From: Octopus vulgaris
Taxonomy: Eukaryota
Reading direction: 5' to 3'
DNA: 64,000 nucleotides
NCBI GenBank assembly: GCA_951406725.2
Contig: OX597822.1
Location: 46,190,001-46,254,000 of the forward strand
Shown here one piece after another: positions 1 through 13,555 of the stretch. Numbering within the stretch: the stretch's first letter is position 1; each line of letters begins with the position of its first letter. A program made the position numbers and the translations under genes. A model generated the notes under the pieces. The model was not told the DNA's origin. It made no database searches and was given only the letters and a program-made list of their open reading frames with translations.

Positions 1-64
1 AACAAGTAAACGAGTAAAAGGATAAAGAGTGTAGCTGAATTCCATCTGATCTATGAATTAAATT

Positions 65-500
65 CATCATCATCATCATCATCATCAACATAGCATACAC
101 TTTTCCATCCTTGCATGAGTCTGACAGAATTTGCTGAAATATCTTTCTAAGCACGAATGCTCTTCCAGTCACAAATCCTCACCTATTTCCAAGTAAGCTC
201 AAATTTCCCAACAACCAGACATGTTTTCACTGAAGATTGAAAATGGCAGACACCACTTGTATGTTGGTGACACTCATTTACAACTATCACACTGTTACAT
301 CACATCAAGACAAGGAGAGAATAGGAAATGCACAGACACGCATAAACAAACAGGTTCCTTGCAATTTCTGCCTTTGAAACCCACTCACAACACTTTGGTC
401 CACTTGGGGCTATAAAAGAAGACACTTGCCCACAGTACCTTGCAGTGGGACTGAACCTGAAACCATGTGGTTGGGAAGCAAACTTCTTACCAAACAACCA
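65..500 (-). mobile_element. SINE with family A head and RTE-type tail ending in (GAT)n (family B)
   Basis: Head at 345-500 matches family A; 65-330 matches the alternative tail also seen at 22355-22550, 32520-32715 and 39295-39520. Confidence 0.7.
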
Positions 501-762
501 CATATGATTAACATAGAATGGAATGACTTGGTTGTTGAAGCCAAAGTTAAGAACAAATAATAATTTTAAATTGATATACTTTTATTTGTTTCAGTCATTT
601 GACTACGGCCATGCTGGAACATCTCCTTTAGTCGAACAAACCAAACCTAGGACTTATTCTTTGTGAGCCCAGTACTTATTCTATTTGTCTCTTTTTGCCA
701 CACCACTAAATTACAGGGACATAAGTTACCAACATCAGTTGTCAAGTGGTGGTGGGGGACAA

Positions 763-793
<31 letters not shown>

Positions 794-795
794 CA

Positions 796-1676
796 CAGGA
801 GTTGGACAAAATAATGGAAACACCTAGCATCATAGTATCATAATTTTGAAATATCTATAAAACTGTCAAAAGCTTGTTTACTTTTATATTTTTTTTATTT
901 ATTTTTAGTGTTGCTTAATATGTTTTGCTAAAATTGCTGTTTCTTTTCAGATATCATCAGAAAAAGGTAATTAAAATTCATTAAATTGACAGATCTATTG
1001 GACCTTCAAAAGGTCAAATTCTTGGTGCTTGTATGGCAAGTGCTAGCATAATGAAAACAGCCAAAATGTTTGGTGTATCAAGAAGTACTTTCTCAAAAGT
1101 ATACATGTGGAAACAGCCAAAAGAAGCATTTGACCCACAGTGCCTTCTTCCAACTGTTAAACATGGAGGAGGATTTGTGATGATCGAAGGAGCTATAGCT
1201 TGGAAATCTGCCAGCCCAATGGTTTCCCTTCATGGCAGAATTAATAGTTAAGACTATTCAAGCATTTTATCTGAGCAAATTCATCCTATGGCTGTGGAAC
1301 TGTTTCTAGAGGGAAATGCAATCTTTCAGGATGATAATGCACCAATTCACACAGGTAAAGTTGTTACTGAATAGCATGAGGAACATTCTAGTGAAGTTGA
1401 ACACCTTATCTGGCCACCACGGTCCCTAGATCTCAATATTATTGAACACTTATGGTACATTTGAGGAAAAAAAGGATTCGATATCCTCAACTACAAGAAC
1501 TAAGGACTGTTTTAGCTGAAGAATGGGCAAGAATTCCTTTGGAAACAATTCAAACTCTGTACGAGTCCATACCTCATAGAATTCAAGCTGTAATTACTGC
1601 CAATGCGGTCCTACTCCATATTAAAATAAATTCGTTTGAAATTCTAATGTGTTTCCATTATTTCGTCCAACCCTTG
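796..1676 (+). mobile_element. Internally deleted Tc1-family DNA transposon
   Basis: 28-bp TIRs caggagttggacaaaataatggaaacac / gtgtttccattatttcgtccaacccttg (25/28 match); sits in a CA/TA microsatellite; carries transposase remnants. Confidence 0.92.
1009..1610 (+). pseudogene. Tc1 transposase pseudogene (HTH start fused to partial DDE domain)
   Basis: GQILGACMASASIMKTAKMFGVSRSTFSKV is joined directly to PTVKHGGGFVM...IFQDDNAPIH...WPPRSLDLNIIEHLW; in-frame stops and a large internal deletion. Confidence 0.9.
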
Positions 1677-2370
1677 TGTGTGTTTATATATATATATATA
1701 TATATGAATATATGACAGGCTTCTTTCAGTTTCTGTCTACCAAATCCACTCACAATGCTGTAGTTGGCCCGAGGCTATAGTAGAAGACACTTGCTCAAGG
1801 TGCCGCACAGTGGAACTGAACTTGGAGCCATGTGGTTGGAAAGCAAGCTTCTTACCACACAGCCACTAACTACCAGAATAAACCATATTTTAATTATTCA
1901 GAATGAAAGAATCACATTACAGATCAAATCTTCTTTCTTTCCTCCTCAAATCTGGCAGAAGACGCAGAAGGAAAGATTAACTAGAAAATATTCAGTTAAG
2001 CAAATGTCTCCTACAGTATTGTAAATTGGTAGCTTTTGAGTTGGAATGAAATACATTTGATTCCAATCAAAAAAATCTAGAGATGATGATGATGATGAAG
2101 AAGAAAAAATGGTTAAGAAGTGAAGGGGAGAATGAGTGGAAGAAGAACGAAGGACAGGAAAATATAATGAATTTCAGGAAAGAGGGGAATAAGTAGTAAA
2201 GAATGATCTAAAAGCAAAAAAAAAATAAAGAGAGAGAGAGAGAGAGGAAGAATTGGGGAAATAGAAGCAGAATTGGAAAAAGAATTAGAAGAATAACAAT
2301 CAAAGAAGCAAGAAAATAAAAGATAGGTAAAGAAGGAAGAAATTTGTTCAATATATCATGAAAGTGTGTG

Positions 2371-2375
2371 TGTGT

Positions 2376-2468
<93 letters not shown>
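2371..2468. repeat. (GT)n(GA)n compound microsatellite
   Basis: Direct reading. Similar GA tracts at 2880-2965, 8322-8381 (CT) and 19798-19870. Confidence 0.95.
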
Positions 2469-2472
<4 letters not shown>

Positions 2473-2623
2473 AACTGTTGAGCAGAATGTTAAACACGGC
2501 AGCAGATAATAAATATATTATGCAACTTAATGGGATTGTCTTGGCAGCATTGTACATCAAATTACTTACTTCCTAAAGCATACTAAATTTCCAAACTGTA
2601 AATCCAAAGGCAGTGAGGTTTCA

Positions 2624-2743
2624 TAACAACAACAACGATGACGACAATGATGATGATGATGCCGATAATGATGATGGTGATGATGACGATGGAAACAATG
2701 ATGATGATGATGATGATGATGATGATAATGATGATGATGATGA
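2624..2743. repeat. (AAC)/(GAT)n trinucleotide microsatellite
   Basis: Direct reading; source of the poly-D ORF. Confidence 0.9.
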
Positions 2744-2903
2744 AGTAAATATATTCAGTTTAAGCAGAATTCAACACAGATTTAGCAAACTACTATTAAC
2801 CAACATTTCTATTTTTAGATTTAGAAAATATTCTGTTTTGTTTGTTTTTGAACTCCACTAGATTTGAGCGAGATAGAAAGAGAGATAGATAGATAGAAAG
2901 AGA

Positions 2904-2950
<47 letters not shown>

Positions 2951-3456
2951 GAGAGAGAGAGAGAGATAGTGTGTGTGCATGCAAGTTCTATGTGGGTGTC
3001 CATGTGTGTGTGAACATGTCTGCAAGTGTGCATGTGTATGCGAGCATGGGTCTATGGGTGTGAATGTCTACACCAATGTGTGTGTGTGTGTGTGTGTGTG
3101 TGTGTCTGCAAGAGAATGTCTGTTGATGTGCATGAGGCTGTGTCTACGTAAGTGAACGTCTCTATGTGTGTGCATGTGTGTGAATATGTGTGTGTGTGTG
3201 TGTGTGTATAAGTGTGTGTCTGTGTGAATGTCTGTTAATGTGCATGAATGTGCATCTGTATGTGTGGGTATCTCTATGTATGTGAATATTTGTGTGTGTG
3301 TGTGTGTGTGTGCATGTGAGAGAGTAAGAGAGAGGCTATAGGCAAATCCAAATGGTTAATGAATTGGCTTTGAAATCACAAAGTCCCAGATCTGACCCTA
3401 TCCGATCCAACGGAATGGTTCTTTAATGCTATTCTTACCATGTTTCTGCTGAAATA

Positions 3457-3829
3457 TTCTTTTCATCTTTACTCTTTTATTTGTTTCAGGTATTTGACTG
3501 CAGCCATGCTGGGGCACTTCCTTTAGTCGAACAAATTGACCTCGGGATTCATTCTGTAAGCCCAGTACTTATTCTAAGTTACGGGGATGTAAACACACCA
3601 GCATCAGTTGTCAAGCTATGGTGGGGGAACAAACACAAACACACAAACACACACACACACACACACACATGATGGGCTTCTTTCAGTTTTCCTCTACCAA
3701 ATCTACTCATAAGGCTTTGGTTGGCCCAGGGCTATAGTAGAAGACACTTTCCCAAGATGCCACATGGTGGGACTGAACATGGAACCATGTGGTTGGTAAG
3801 CAAGCATTTTACCACACAGCCACTCCTGC
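3457..3829 (-). mobile_element. SINE family A
   Basis: Pol III A-box-like TGGCTGTGTGG and B-box-like GTTCAGTCCC, CORE-like segment, internal CA tract, tail ending gaaacaaataaaagag. Confidence 0.85.
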
Positions 3830-3945
3830 TTTTGTTTTTAATAATTTTGAAACAAATGAAGAATTTATAGTAAAATAACTTAGTCGTAATTAACTTGGTA
3901 TTTGAAACATAAATTAACATGAAATTTTAATTTAGATCACTTTAA

Positions 3946-4158
3946 TTCTTTTAGTGTCAAGATTATTGAAGCAGCAACAATGTGTGTTTATTCACATCAT
4001 TTAGAATTTATCCTGCATTATTTTGTAGCCTTGAGATTTCGATGTTCAAAATGACATTGTAGGGTAGGTGTGAGATGATGGACCAGGCCAGTTTGAACAT
4101 TAGACATTAAACATGTAGAACATTTTGGCCAGATATGGCCGGGTTAAATGCTAAAGGG
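3946..4158 (-). mobile_element. piggyBac-like MITE nested in an older TTAA-type MITE
   Basis: TTAA at 3942-3945 and 4159-4162; right end aatgctaaaggg; reverse complement of the copy at 60669-60878. Confidence 0.7.
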
Positions 4159-4371
4159 TTAAAACAGTAAGTTTGTATCAAAGAACCAAGAGCAGTCTCA
4201 AGATAGTTGGTATCCAAAGGTTTAAGCAAAGGTCTCTAACTACAACGCATGCTCTGCAAATTAAATTGGCTAAGATGGGGACCACGAGGAAGGTGTCTTG
4301 AATGGATTGTGGCTTTTATTCTAAGGGGTGGCCTTGGTTTTGACATACACAGTGTTATAATGATTCTGTTG

Positions 4372-4570
4372 CAGTGGTTCCCAACATCTTTTTATGCCCC
4401 CCACCAAACTTTTAATATGTTCTCGCACCCCTTAAAGTAATAATGTATATAAGAATAAAGGTGCCCAAAGCAACTGCCCTCTTTGATCCCCTATAAATGC
4501 AGCTCAGCTCACACCCATTGGAATGCTATCTTGCATCCCCAAGGGGTGCGAGCACCCCTGTGTTAAGGGA
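4372..4570 (+). mobile_element. hAT/Charlie-like remnant
   Basis: Left end cagtggttcccaac with gcacccc subterminal motifs; right end degraded. Confidence 0.45.
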
Positions 4571-5099
4571 TTAAGTTTATAGTACAAGCGTTTGTGGAAT
4601 ACTTGAACATTTAAACTACAGTGAATTCTATTGAACAAACAACTATAACAGTAACTTTTTAAAACCACTGTGAAAGCTAACCTCCAATCTATTTAAGTGG
4701 GAGTGGTGAAAGCATGTGGTCTAGCAGATAAAGTTTTGCATTCGTGATTGCAAGATTGTTGTTTCAATTCCTGGACCAGGCAGTGCATTGTGTTCTTGAG
4801 TAAAAGCACTTCCATTTCCTGTTCCAGTCCACTCAGGTGTAAAACAAGTTCCAGTAGTAGCTGGGAGGTGAACTCTGTGGCAGACCAGCATCATATTCAG
4901 AAATAGCAGCAAAATCTCCCTCAACTCACGCTCTTAAAAAGAGGAAGAATACATTGGATAATATGGTCTCAGATCACACTACTTGGAAGGAGGAAAAGAG
5001 ACAAAATGGACATGCCTCTTATGCCTGCCCAGTGATGGCTAACAAGGGGCTAAATGATAACAACAGGTTGGTTTTTAACAATATATTTGGTATAGATTA

Positions 5100-5358
5100 C
5101 CCTAGAAAAATGCCCTCAAAAGCAATGCCTTGCATCTGATTGACTAAGAACATACTATGACCTCTGACCTAAAGACGTACTGCAGTCTCTGCTTTTTGCA
5201 CCTCTAAACAAGGTCTTTACATAGCAGGGCCCTTCTCTAACACTGTTTTTCACCATTTAGACCCTACACCAACCATTCCTTCTCTTGATTTTTCTCCAGA
5301 GAATGCCAGTATTCTGGAATTCTCTATCTGTCCATATTTCTCCTACAGATGTCAACTT
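5100..5358 (+). pseudogene. Decayed CR1/Jockey-group LINE RT C-terminal fragment
   Basis: Remnant PLT*RR and RMPVFWNSLSVHISP resemble the LWNSLP motif; similar to 13556-13830. Confidence 0.4.
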
Positions 5359-5363
5359 ATAGA

Positions 5364-5769
5364 TTCTTTTTATTCTTTTACTTGTTTCAGTCATTTGACT
5401 GCGGCCATGCTGGAGCAACGCCTTTCATCAAGCAAATCGACCCCAGGACTTATTCTTTTGTAAGCCTAGTACTTACCCTATCGGTCTCTTTTTGCCAAAC
5501 CGCAAAGTTACGGGGATGTAAACACACCAGCATTGGTTGTCAAGCGATGTTGGGGAGGACAAACACACACATACAAACATATACACACACATACATTTAT
5601 ACATATACATATATACAACGGGCTTCTTTCAGTTTCTGTCTACCAAATCCACTCACAAGGCTTTGGTCGGCCCAAGGCTATAGTAGAAGACACTTGCCCA
5701 AGGTGCCATGCAATGGGACTGATCCTGTAACCATGTGGTTGGTAAGCAAGCTACTTACCACACAGCCAT
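5364..5769 (-). mobile_element. SINE family A, near full length
   Basis: Closely matches the reverse complement of 23040-23448. Confidence 0.9.
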
Positions 5770-7534
5770 CAACCATATGAATTTCACCAGTTTCACAGAA
5801 CCTGTGAAGATGAAGGGCACTGCATCTTCCCCTTGACTAAATCATAAACGGTAGCACATTTGTTGTGGATGGATGATGCCAGCGTCAAGAAAAGTCATTT
5901 GAAGAATAAAGCGTAGGAGCATTATCTGCAGAGCAGTGTGCACAATATTGAAATTACAAAGAGAAGGTTTTAAAACTCTAGAAGGAAGTATTTGAAGGAC
6001 AGAACCAACCCCAGAGATATTCCATCAAAAATATATCTGAAATGTTGCTAAATGAAATATATAATGATGCACACCTATTATTCTTAATTTAATCTCAGAC
6101 CAACTTTCTGAAACTCCTCACCTAAATTTTTATAAATAAATAATGTCTTTTACTAAAATAATTGAAGTCTTTTTCTGCTATCCTTCCCCAACCCAAACTA
6201 ATGTCATCTGTCTTCCTTTATTCCTGATTTTTCCAATTTAGCGCTTTTGTACTTCCAGATGGATGAAAATGCATAATTTCACTCAGGTGAAAAGTATTTG
6301 TATTATTTGGAACTATCTTGTAGAAGTGATGGTAATGGAGGATTCAATGGTTTTTCATTTTGTTTTTTTTTTACTGAATAAATAAATCTTTGTATGGTGG
6401 AGTGATGAAGGCCTTGTGAAGTGGGATTTCGTAGAATGCAAGAACGAATACAATGGCCAAGATTAATGATTTACAAAAAGAGCTGAAATTCAAACCAACA
6501 AGTATAGGATGCTAAGGTCTTAAGCACCCAGTTAATGTTGTAAAGTGGTTGGCATAAGGAAGAGCATTCAGCTATAGTAATCAGGCCAAAGCAGACACTG
6601 GAGCATGTTGTGGTCCTTGGACCAATCAGATCCTGTTAAAACCCACACCAGTGTGGAATATGGACATAAAATGACACCACTGCTGATGCCAAAAACGATC
6701 TCTGAATATCAAAAGCAAATTATTTTTCCCACACACACAGAACAAAAGTAAGCTTCCACATTCACTTGACCTTTTCGTTGGAATATTTCTGATGAAATAC
6801 ACGTTTTTTGTTTCACTTAATACTGAAAATAAGGTAGAATTTAGTAAAATAGCTGGTGACTGGAACATGAATTAGCAAGTTTCAATGGAAGGTTTTAATT
6901 TACATCATAGAACCAGGGGCAGTTTTAGGAGGGTATCAAAAAGTTTAAGTGAAATCAGAAGGTAAAAAGCATATTTATTTTCTTTTTTATTCATAGTTTA
7001 GTCAGAGAAAGAAGGATAGTGTCCAGGAGCAACTTCAGGGCCTACAAGAGCGATAGGAGGAAGAGAATAAGTTATGTTCAGACCAAAGATCTAGTTCAAA
7101 TGCTTTCTTAAAGCACCTAAGATCAGGATGTAGGATAGTCTAGAAATCCTGAGGGGTTTTCTAAGGCTTCAACCAACCTCAGAAGGGATTATGTGACCCA
7201 CTCATTTCATAGTTGGATAATTAGCGATGCAGAGGGCAACTAGGTGTAAGAAACAACTGCCCCAAACCCATTTAAGTAGAGATAAACATAGGGAGAGATG
7301 CCTCCAGCCCAGTATTATACAGCTAGTCAAGGGGTTTTGTCTTGGTGACATCATTAGTGTCTAGTACACTCTGTAAAGTGGTTGGCATTAGGAAGGGCAT
7401 CTATCTGTAGAAACCATGCTAAAAACAGACGCTGGAGCTTGACACAGTTCTCTGACCTGCCAGATCCTGTCAAACTATCCAATCCATGGCCGCATGGAAT
7501 ATGGACACTAAATGGGTTATAATAGAAAGTTATA

Positions 7535-7945
7535 ATAGAAGAAACTTACACAAGGTGCCACATAGCAGGACTGAATCTGGAACCATGTGGTTGGGAAGCA
7601 AGCTTCTTACCACACAGCCACATATTAAACACACACACACACACACGATGCCCTTCCACACAGCTCTTATCTACTCAATTGACAAGGCACTGATTGGCCT
7701 GGGGCTATAGTAGAAGACACTTGCCCAGGATACCATGCAGTGGAACTGTACCTGGAACCATTTGGTTGGGAAGCAAGCTTCTTACCACACAACCACATAT
7801 AACATATACATACATACGATACCCTTCCACATAGCTTTTATCTACTCAATTGACTTACAAGGCATTGATTGACCTGGGGCTACAGTAGAAGACACTGGGT
7901 ATTGTGCACAGGCACTGAACCCAAAATCTTAACAACACAGCCATG
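7535..7945 (-). repeat. Local tandem array of SINE A heads (~175-bp period)
   Basis: Three successive heads; two share the private variant cccttccaca..agct..tatctactcaattgac. Confidence 0.7.
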
Positions 7946-8319
7946 TTTGTGTGCATATTCACACACACCTACATACAATCTGTTCATACACTATTATGCA
8001 TACACACACAATGCAATATAAGTTAATGTGTATGTATGTGAGTCTGTGTGTCCATACACATACTGACGTAGTCATATCAAAGTGATGTTATTGTAGGAAT
8101 GTTACCAAGTTATTTCAGTTGCTTAGCAACCACAGTCTCATAGTTAAAATATATTTGAGACGAAACAAACATGCTCAGATCAGCTGTTTCATGACCAACA
8201 CCATCTGTCTGTTTGTCTGTCGCTTTCTCTCTACTTAGAGAAAAGTAACCTTTACAGGTTCCCCCAAATCACACCCTAACGTCTTAAATAAAGAGTGACA
8301 TACATTTGACAATGCAGTC

Positions 8320-8388
<69 letters not shown>

Positions 8389-8585
8389 TGGCCATGTGGT
8401 AAGAAGCTTGCTTTCCAACCACATGGTCATGAGTTCAGTCTCCTGGCATGGCACCTTTGGCATGTGTATTCTACTATAGCCTCAGACTGACCAAAGCCTT
8501 GTGAGTGGATTTAGTAGACAGAAACTGAAAGAGGCCTGTTGTGTGTGTATGTGTACATGTATACACAAAGTCACACATTGATATA

Positions 8586-9107
<522 letters not shown>

Positions 9108-9697
9108 GACCGAGACCTATGGAAACATGCTGTGTGTGAGAAGACCCGGCAGGACAAGTGAGGCCATAATCCTGTGGCCTACACCTGGAAGTAGCCAGCC
9201 CACTTATGCATTCCTTTCCTTCTTGGGACACACAACTCCACTTGTGAAGACCTGTTGAGGCAAGTGAAGATTAAAATCAAAATCGTAATCTATCAACATC
9301 AATGGAATTTGTAGCTGTGATACCAGTGCCGGTGGCACATAAGAGAACCATCCGAAAATGGCCGTAGCCAGCGCCGCCCGACTGGCCTCCATGCCGGTGG
9401 CACGTAAAAAGCACCATCCAACCGTGGCCGCTGCCAGCTTCGTTTGGTCCCAGTACCAGTGGCACGTAAAAAGCACCATCCGATCGTGGCCGTCTGCCAA
9501 CCCCGTCTGGCACCTGTGCCGGTGGCACGTAAAACGCAACCACTACACTCACGGAGTGGTTGGCATTAGGAAGGGCATCCAACTGTAGAAACACTGCCAG
9601 ATCAGACTGGGCCTAGTGCAGCCTTCTGGCTTCCCAGACCCCAGTTGAACCGTCCAATCCATGCCAGCATGGAAAGCGGACGTTAAATGATGATGAT
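9108..9697 (+). mobile_element. 5'-truncated RTE-clade LINE (ORF end plus 3' UTR)
   Basis: DRDLWKHAVCEKTRQDK* (9108-9161) parallels DQNLWQYAVLEKTCLAK* at 31278; followed by gtgccggtggcac repeats, aggaagggcatcc and a (GAT)n tail. Confidence 0.8.
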
Positions 9698-9698
9698 A

Positions 9699-9743
<45 letters not shown>

Positions 9744-9942
9744 CACACACACATAAGTGCCCTGACAGAAAAGTTGGACCTAAGAATGGATTCCCATGCA
9801 GTTTCTGTCAATGTAATTCAATATAGCCCTGGTTGGCCCAGGGCTATATTAGAAGACATTTGCCCAAAGTGCCCCACAGTAGGACTGAATCCAAAACCAT
9901 TTACTTGGAAACCGAGTTTATAACCACACAGCCATATCAGTA

Positions 9943-9991
<49 letters not shown>

Positions 9992-10283
9992 GAGTGATAA
10001 TGATCAAGGAACATCTTTGATCAATCAAGGTTGGCCCAGGGCTCTACTGCAACAATAACCAGTCAGGCAGTTTTGCCAATTCAATAAGCCAATCGTTATT
10101 AAGTGTGTGTATGTGTGCGTGTGTTTAACATACAGCTTGCAATGAATTCTCACTTGCCATCAAAGACATCCAAAAGTTGAGAGATGTGCAAGGCAAGACA
10201 CAGGTTGATAGCTGAAACACACCTTCCTCATAACAGTAGCAGTCACACAGCTATTGTCACAATAAGGCTCTCCCCACCCCCAC

Positions 10284-10314
<31 letters not shown>

Positions 10315-11244
10315 CCCCTCTTTTCTCTCTTTCCCTCTAAAGGGTGATGTTTTTGTTTTCTCCTTTATTGCATATCTAATATGAAAACTAAAAAAAAAAA
10401 TAAAAATTCACAAAACAATACCAACACCGGGGAACAATAAAATAAAAATGACCAAATTAAAAGATCGACAGATAAATACAAATAAAAACAAACGATAAAA
10501 GTGATTCAAAAACAAAAAAAAGAAAACACAGAACAAAATACAGGTAACGTAAGCCTCTTCTTTACTCCATAATCTTATCGAAAAAAATTTATTCGGATAT
10601 TTCCGATATTCACCTCACCCCCCACTTTCTCTGTACATACCCACACCTCCTTACAGTTACTATTCAATACAGAAAAGGGCAATATTATCCCACTCTTGGT
10701 ATTGGTGAAAATATTTATGATAGAGAAGGGGAGGGGATATGCGGGGGGGGGGGGGTCTTAACTATAATATAAAGTAGGTTTGTCAGTGTTTGGTAACACA
10801 ACAGGAGATATGGTGTGTGGGGGAGGAGAGGGGGGAACAAACAGAAAGATAACAAAAAAAAAACACACACCTAAACTAACCAAGCCAAACCTTTATGACA
10901 GATTTTGCTGTACACTTGAAGCGGCTTATATAAAGTATTGAACTATCTATCTTTGGAATTCTTTGATTCGATTTACCATTAAAATTGATTGGATTGACAG
11001 CAACAACAAAAAAAAAGGAAAAACAGAAAGAAAAACAGGAATCTGTTTCAAGCAAAGATGTCTTTTCTTTTTTGTTTATTGTTTGTTTTGTGTTGTTTTT
11101 CTTTTGTTATAAATAGCAAAGTTGTTGCTTTTTTTTAGTTCCAATGAAATTTTTGGCTTTATAGTGCGGGAGGGCAGTGACAGAGAGAGAGAGAGAGAGG
11201 TGGTGGTGGAGAGTGTTTATCAGAAAGAGAGAAGGGTGATGAAA

Positions 11245-11775
11245 ATGAGAGAGAGAGAGAGAGTGTGTGTGTGAGTGAAAGAGAGAGAGTGTATGTGAGT
11301 GAAAGAGAGAGAGTGTATGTGAGAGAGTGTGTGTGTGTGAGAGAGATTGTGTGTGTGAGAGAGATTGTGTGTGTGTGAGAGAGAGTGTGCGTGTGTGAGA
11401 GAGAGTGTGCATGTGTGAGAGAGAGTGTGCATGTGTGAGAGAGAGTGTGCATGTGTGAGAGTGTGTGTGTGTGAGAGAGAGAGAGACGGTGTGTGTATGT
11501 GAGAGAGAGAGTATGTGTATGTGTGTGTGTGTGAGAGAGAGAGTATGTGTATGTGTGTGTGTGTGAGAGAGAGAGTATGTGTATGTGTGTGTGTGTGAGA
11601 GAGAGAGGGGGGGGCAAAGAGAAGGAGTGCATGCTTGAAAGAGAGTGAAGAATGTGTGTGTGTGAGAGAGAGAGAGAGAGAAACAGACAGACAGAAAAAG
11701 AAAGGAGAGAGTGCATATATCTGAAAGAGAGAGAGTGAGGAGAGTGAGTGTGTGTGTGTGTGTGTGTGTGTGCAT
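11245..11775. repeat. Compound GT/GA microsatellite with higher-order units
   Basis: 20-bp gtgtgagagagagtgtgcat units and ~32-bp gagagagagtatgtgtatgtgtgt units. Confidence 0.9.
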
Positions 11776-12199
11776 GGGAGACTATAAAATAAAAAGAGGG
11801 ACTCGGAGTGTACAAGAGGTAAAACATGGAATGAAAGTAAGTGTCATTATGTAAATACAGTGTGAGTGAAAAGTGAATGAGTGAGTGAGAGTGAATGAGT
11901 GAGTGAGTGTAAATATCAGTATGTTTCATGGCAACCATACATTGGTGACAAAGTGAAACCACATCACAGAACTCAGGTTACCCTTCAAGTCCAGAAAATA
12001 CTTCAACAGTGTGATTAGGTGCTGATCTTAAAATAAAACTCAAATGGAACACACATTAGTATACGGCTCCTACATTAGAGACTGTGCTGTTTCTACACAA
12101 CTTCCATCTCCTCCCTACCACCCATCCTCAAACACACACACACACACATCAGGGACAATAATTCCACACCTCTAAACATACAAGCATCATAGGTGATAT

Positions 12200-12583
12200 G
12201 TGGAGGTGCAATGGCCCAGTGGTTAGGGCAGCGGACTCGTGGTCATAGCATCGCGGTTTCAACTCCCAGACCGAGCGCTGTGAGTGTTTATTGAGCAAAG
12301 TCACCTAAAGCTCCACGAGGTTCCAGCAGGTGGGGGTGGCGAACTCTGCTGTGCTCTTTCGCCACAACTTTCTCTCACTCTTACTTCCTGTTTCTGTTGT
12401 ACCTGTATGTCAAAGGGCCAGCCTTGTCACACTCTGTGTCCCACTGAATTTCCCTGAGAACTACATTAAGGGTACACGTGTCTGTGGAGTGCTCAGCCAC
12501 TTGCACGTTAATTTCACAAGCAGGCTATTCTGCTGATTGGATCAACTGGAACCCTTGTTGTAACCGATGGAGTGCCACATTAC
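12200..12583 (+). mobile_element. Full-length tRNA-derived SINE with TSD
   Basis: Head tggcccagtggttagggcagcggactcg...ggtttcaactccc; TSD aggtgatat at 12191-12199 and 12584-12592; 3' half shared with 16543-17111 and 26330-26630. Confidence 0.85.
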
Positions 12584-12994
12584 AGGTGATATATCAGTAA
12601 CAGAACTTTGGCTACACCTGCAAACATCACAGACCCCCACAGATGGGACAGTGTGGTTGCTATACTGAAGGTGCAAGCATGGCTATGTGGTTAAGAAGCT
12701 TTCCTTGCAATCAAATGGTTTTGAGTTCAGTCGCACTTCACAGTACCTTGGGCAAGTGTCTTTTACTATGGCCCCAGGCTGAAAAATGCCTTTGGACTAA
12801 GTTTAAGAGATGGAACTCTTTAAAAGCTTATGTGTGCATGTTTATGTGTGTATGAGCAAATGGATGCACGTGCGTGCACGTGTGTGTGTGTGTCTCTCTC
12901 TCTCTCTCTTCTCCCCACATCTTGACAAATTCTGCGTAGTCTGCCAGTCATACTAAAATCTGAACCTAGTTGTCTTCGAAAATTTTGAGTAATC

Positions 12995-13316
12995 TGAAAA
13001 TGATCACATTTGCTTTTTCATCAACATCATCATTTAATGCCCGTCGTCCATGCTGGCATGGGCTGGACAGTTTAACTGGGCTGGCAAGCTGGAAGGCTGC
13101 ACCAGACTCCAGTCTGATTTGGCATGGTTTTCTACAGCTGGATGCCCTTCCTAATGAAAATGATCACATTTGCTTTTTCATCAACATCATCATTTAATGC
13201 CCGTCGTCCATGCTGGCATGGACTGGACAGTTTAACTGGGCTGGCAAGCTAGAAGGCTGCACCAGACTCCAGTCTGATTTGGCATGGTTTTCTACAGCTG
13301 GATGCCCTTCCTAATG
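12995..13316. repeat. 160-bp tandem duplication
   Basis: Copies start at 12995 and 13155 and differ at 2 positions; unit is flank plus a minus-strand RTE 3' tail. Confidence 0.95.
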
Positions 13317-13555
13317 TCAACCACTCCAAGAGTGTAATGGGTGCTTCTATGTGTGACACCAGTGATTTTGCATGGCTTGATGGGTCTTATTCTCAAGCAT
13401 GACATAATACCAAAGGTCTTGGTCATTGCCTCTATGAGGACCAACATACATACATACATACATACATGCATGGATGGACAGATGGATAGAGACACACACA
13501 CACGCACATGCACACACACACACACACAAACACAAACACAAACACACACACAAGA

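Larger units (their letters stand above)
581..1867 (-). mobile_element. SINE family A copy split by the Tc1 insertion
   Basis: Tail at 581-780 and tRNA-like head at 1712-1867 match intact copies (e.g. 23040-23448) once 796-1676 is removed. Confidence 0.85.

Noticed and set aside
1033-1715. Active Tc1 transposase
   Set aside because: Stops, a frameshift and a deletion removing much of the DNA-binding region and the first catalytic Asp.
11107-11962. Long ORFs (222 and 267 aa)
   Set aside because: Translations of GT/GA microsatellite (HT/SL repeats) with no domain content; same for 19481-20200 and 25021-25582.
12203-12278. tRNA gene
   Set aside because: tRNA-like A/B boxes continue into a SINE body with a TSD, and the cloverleaf is degenerate.
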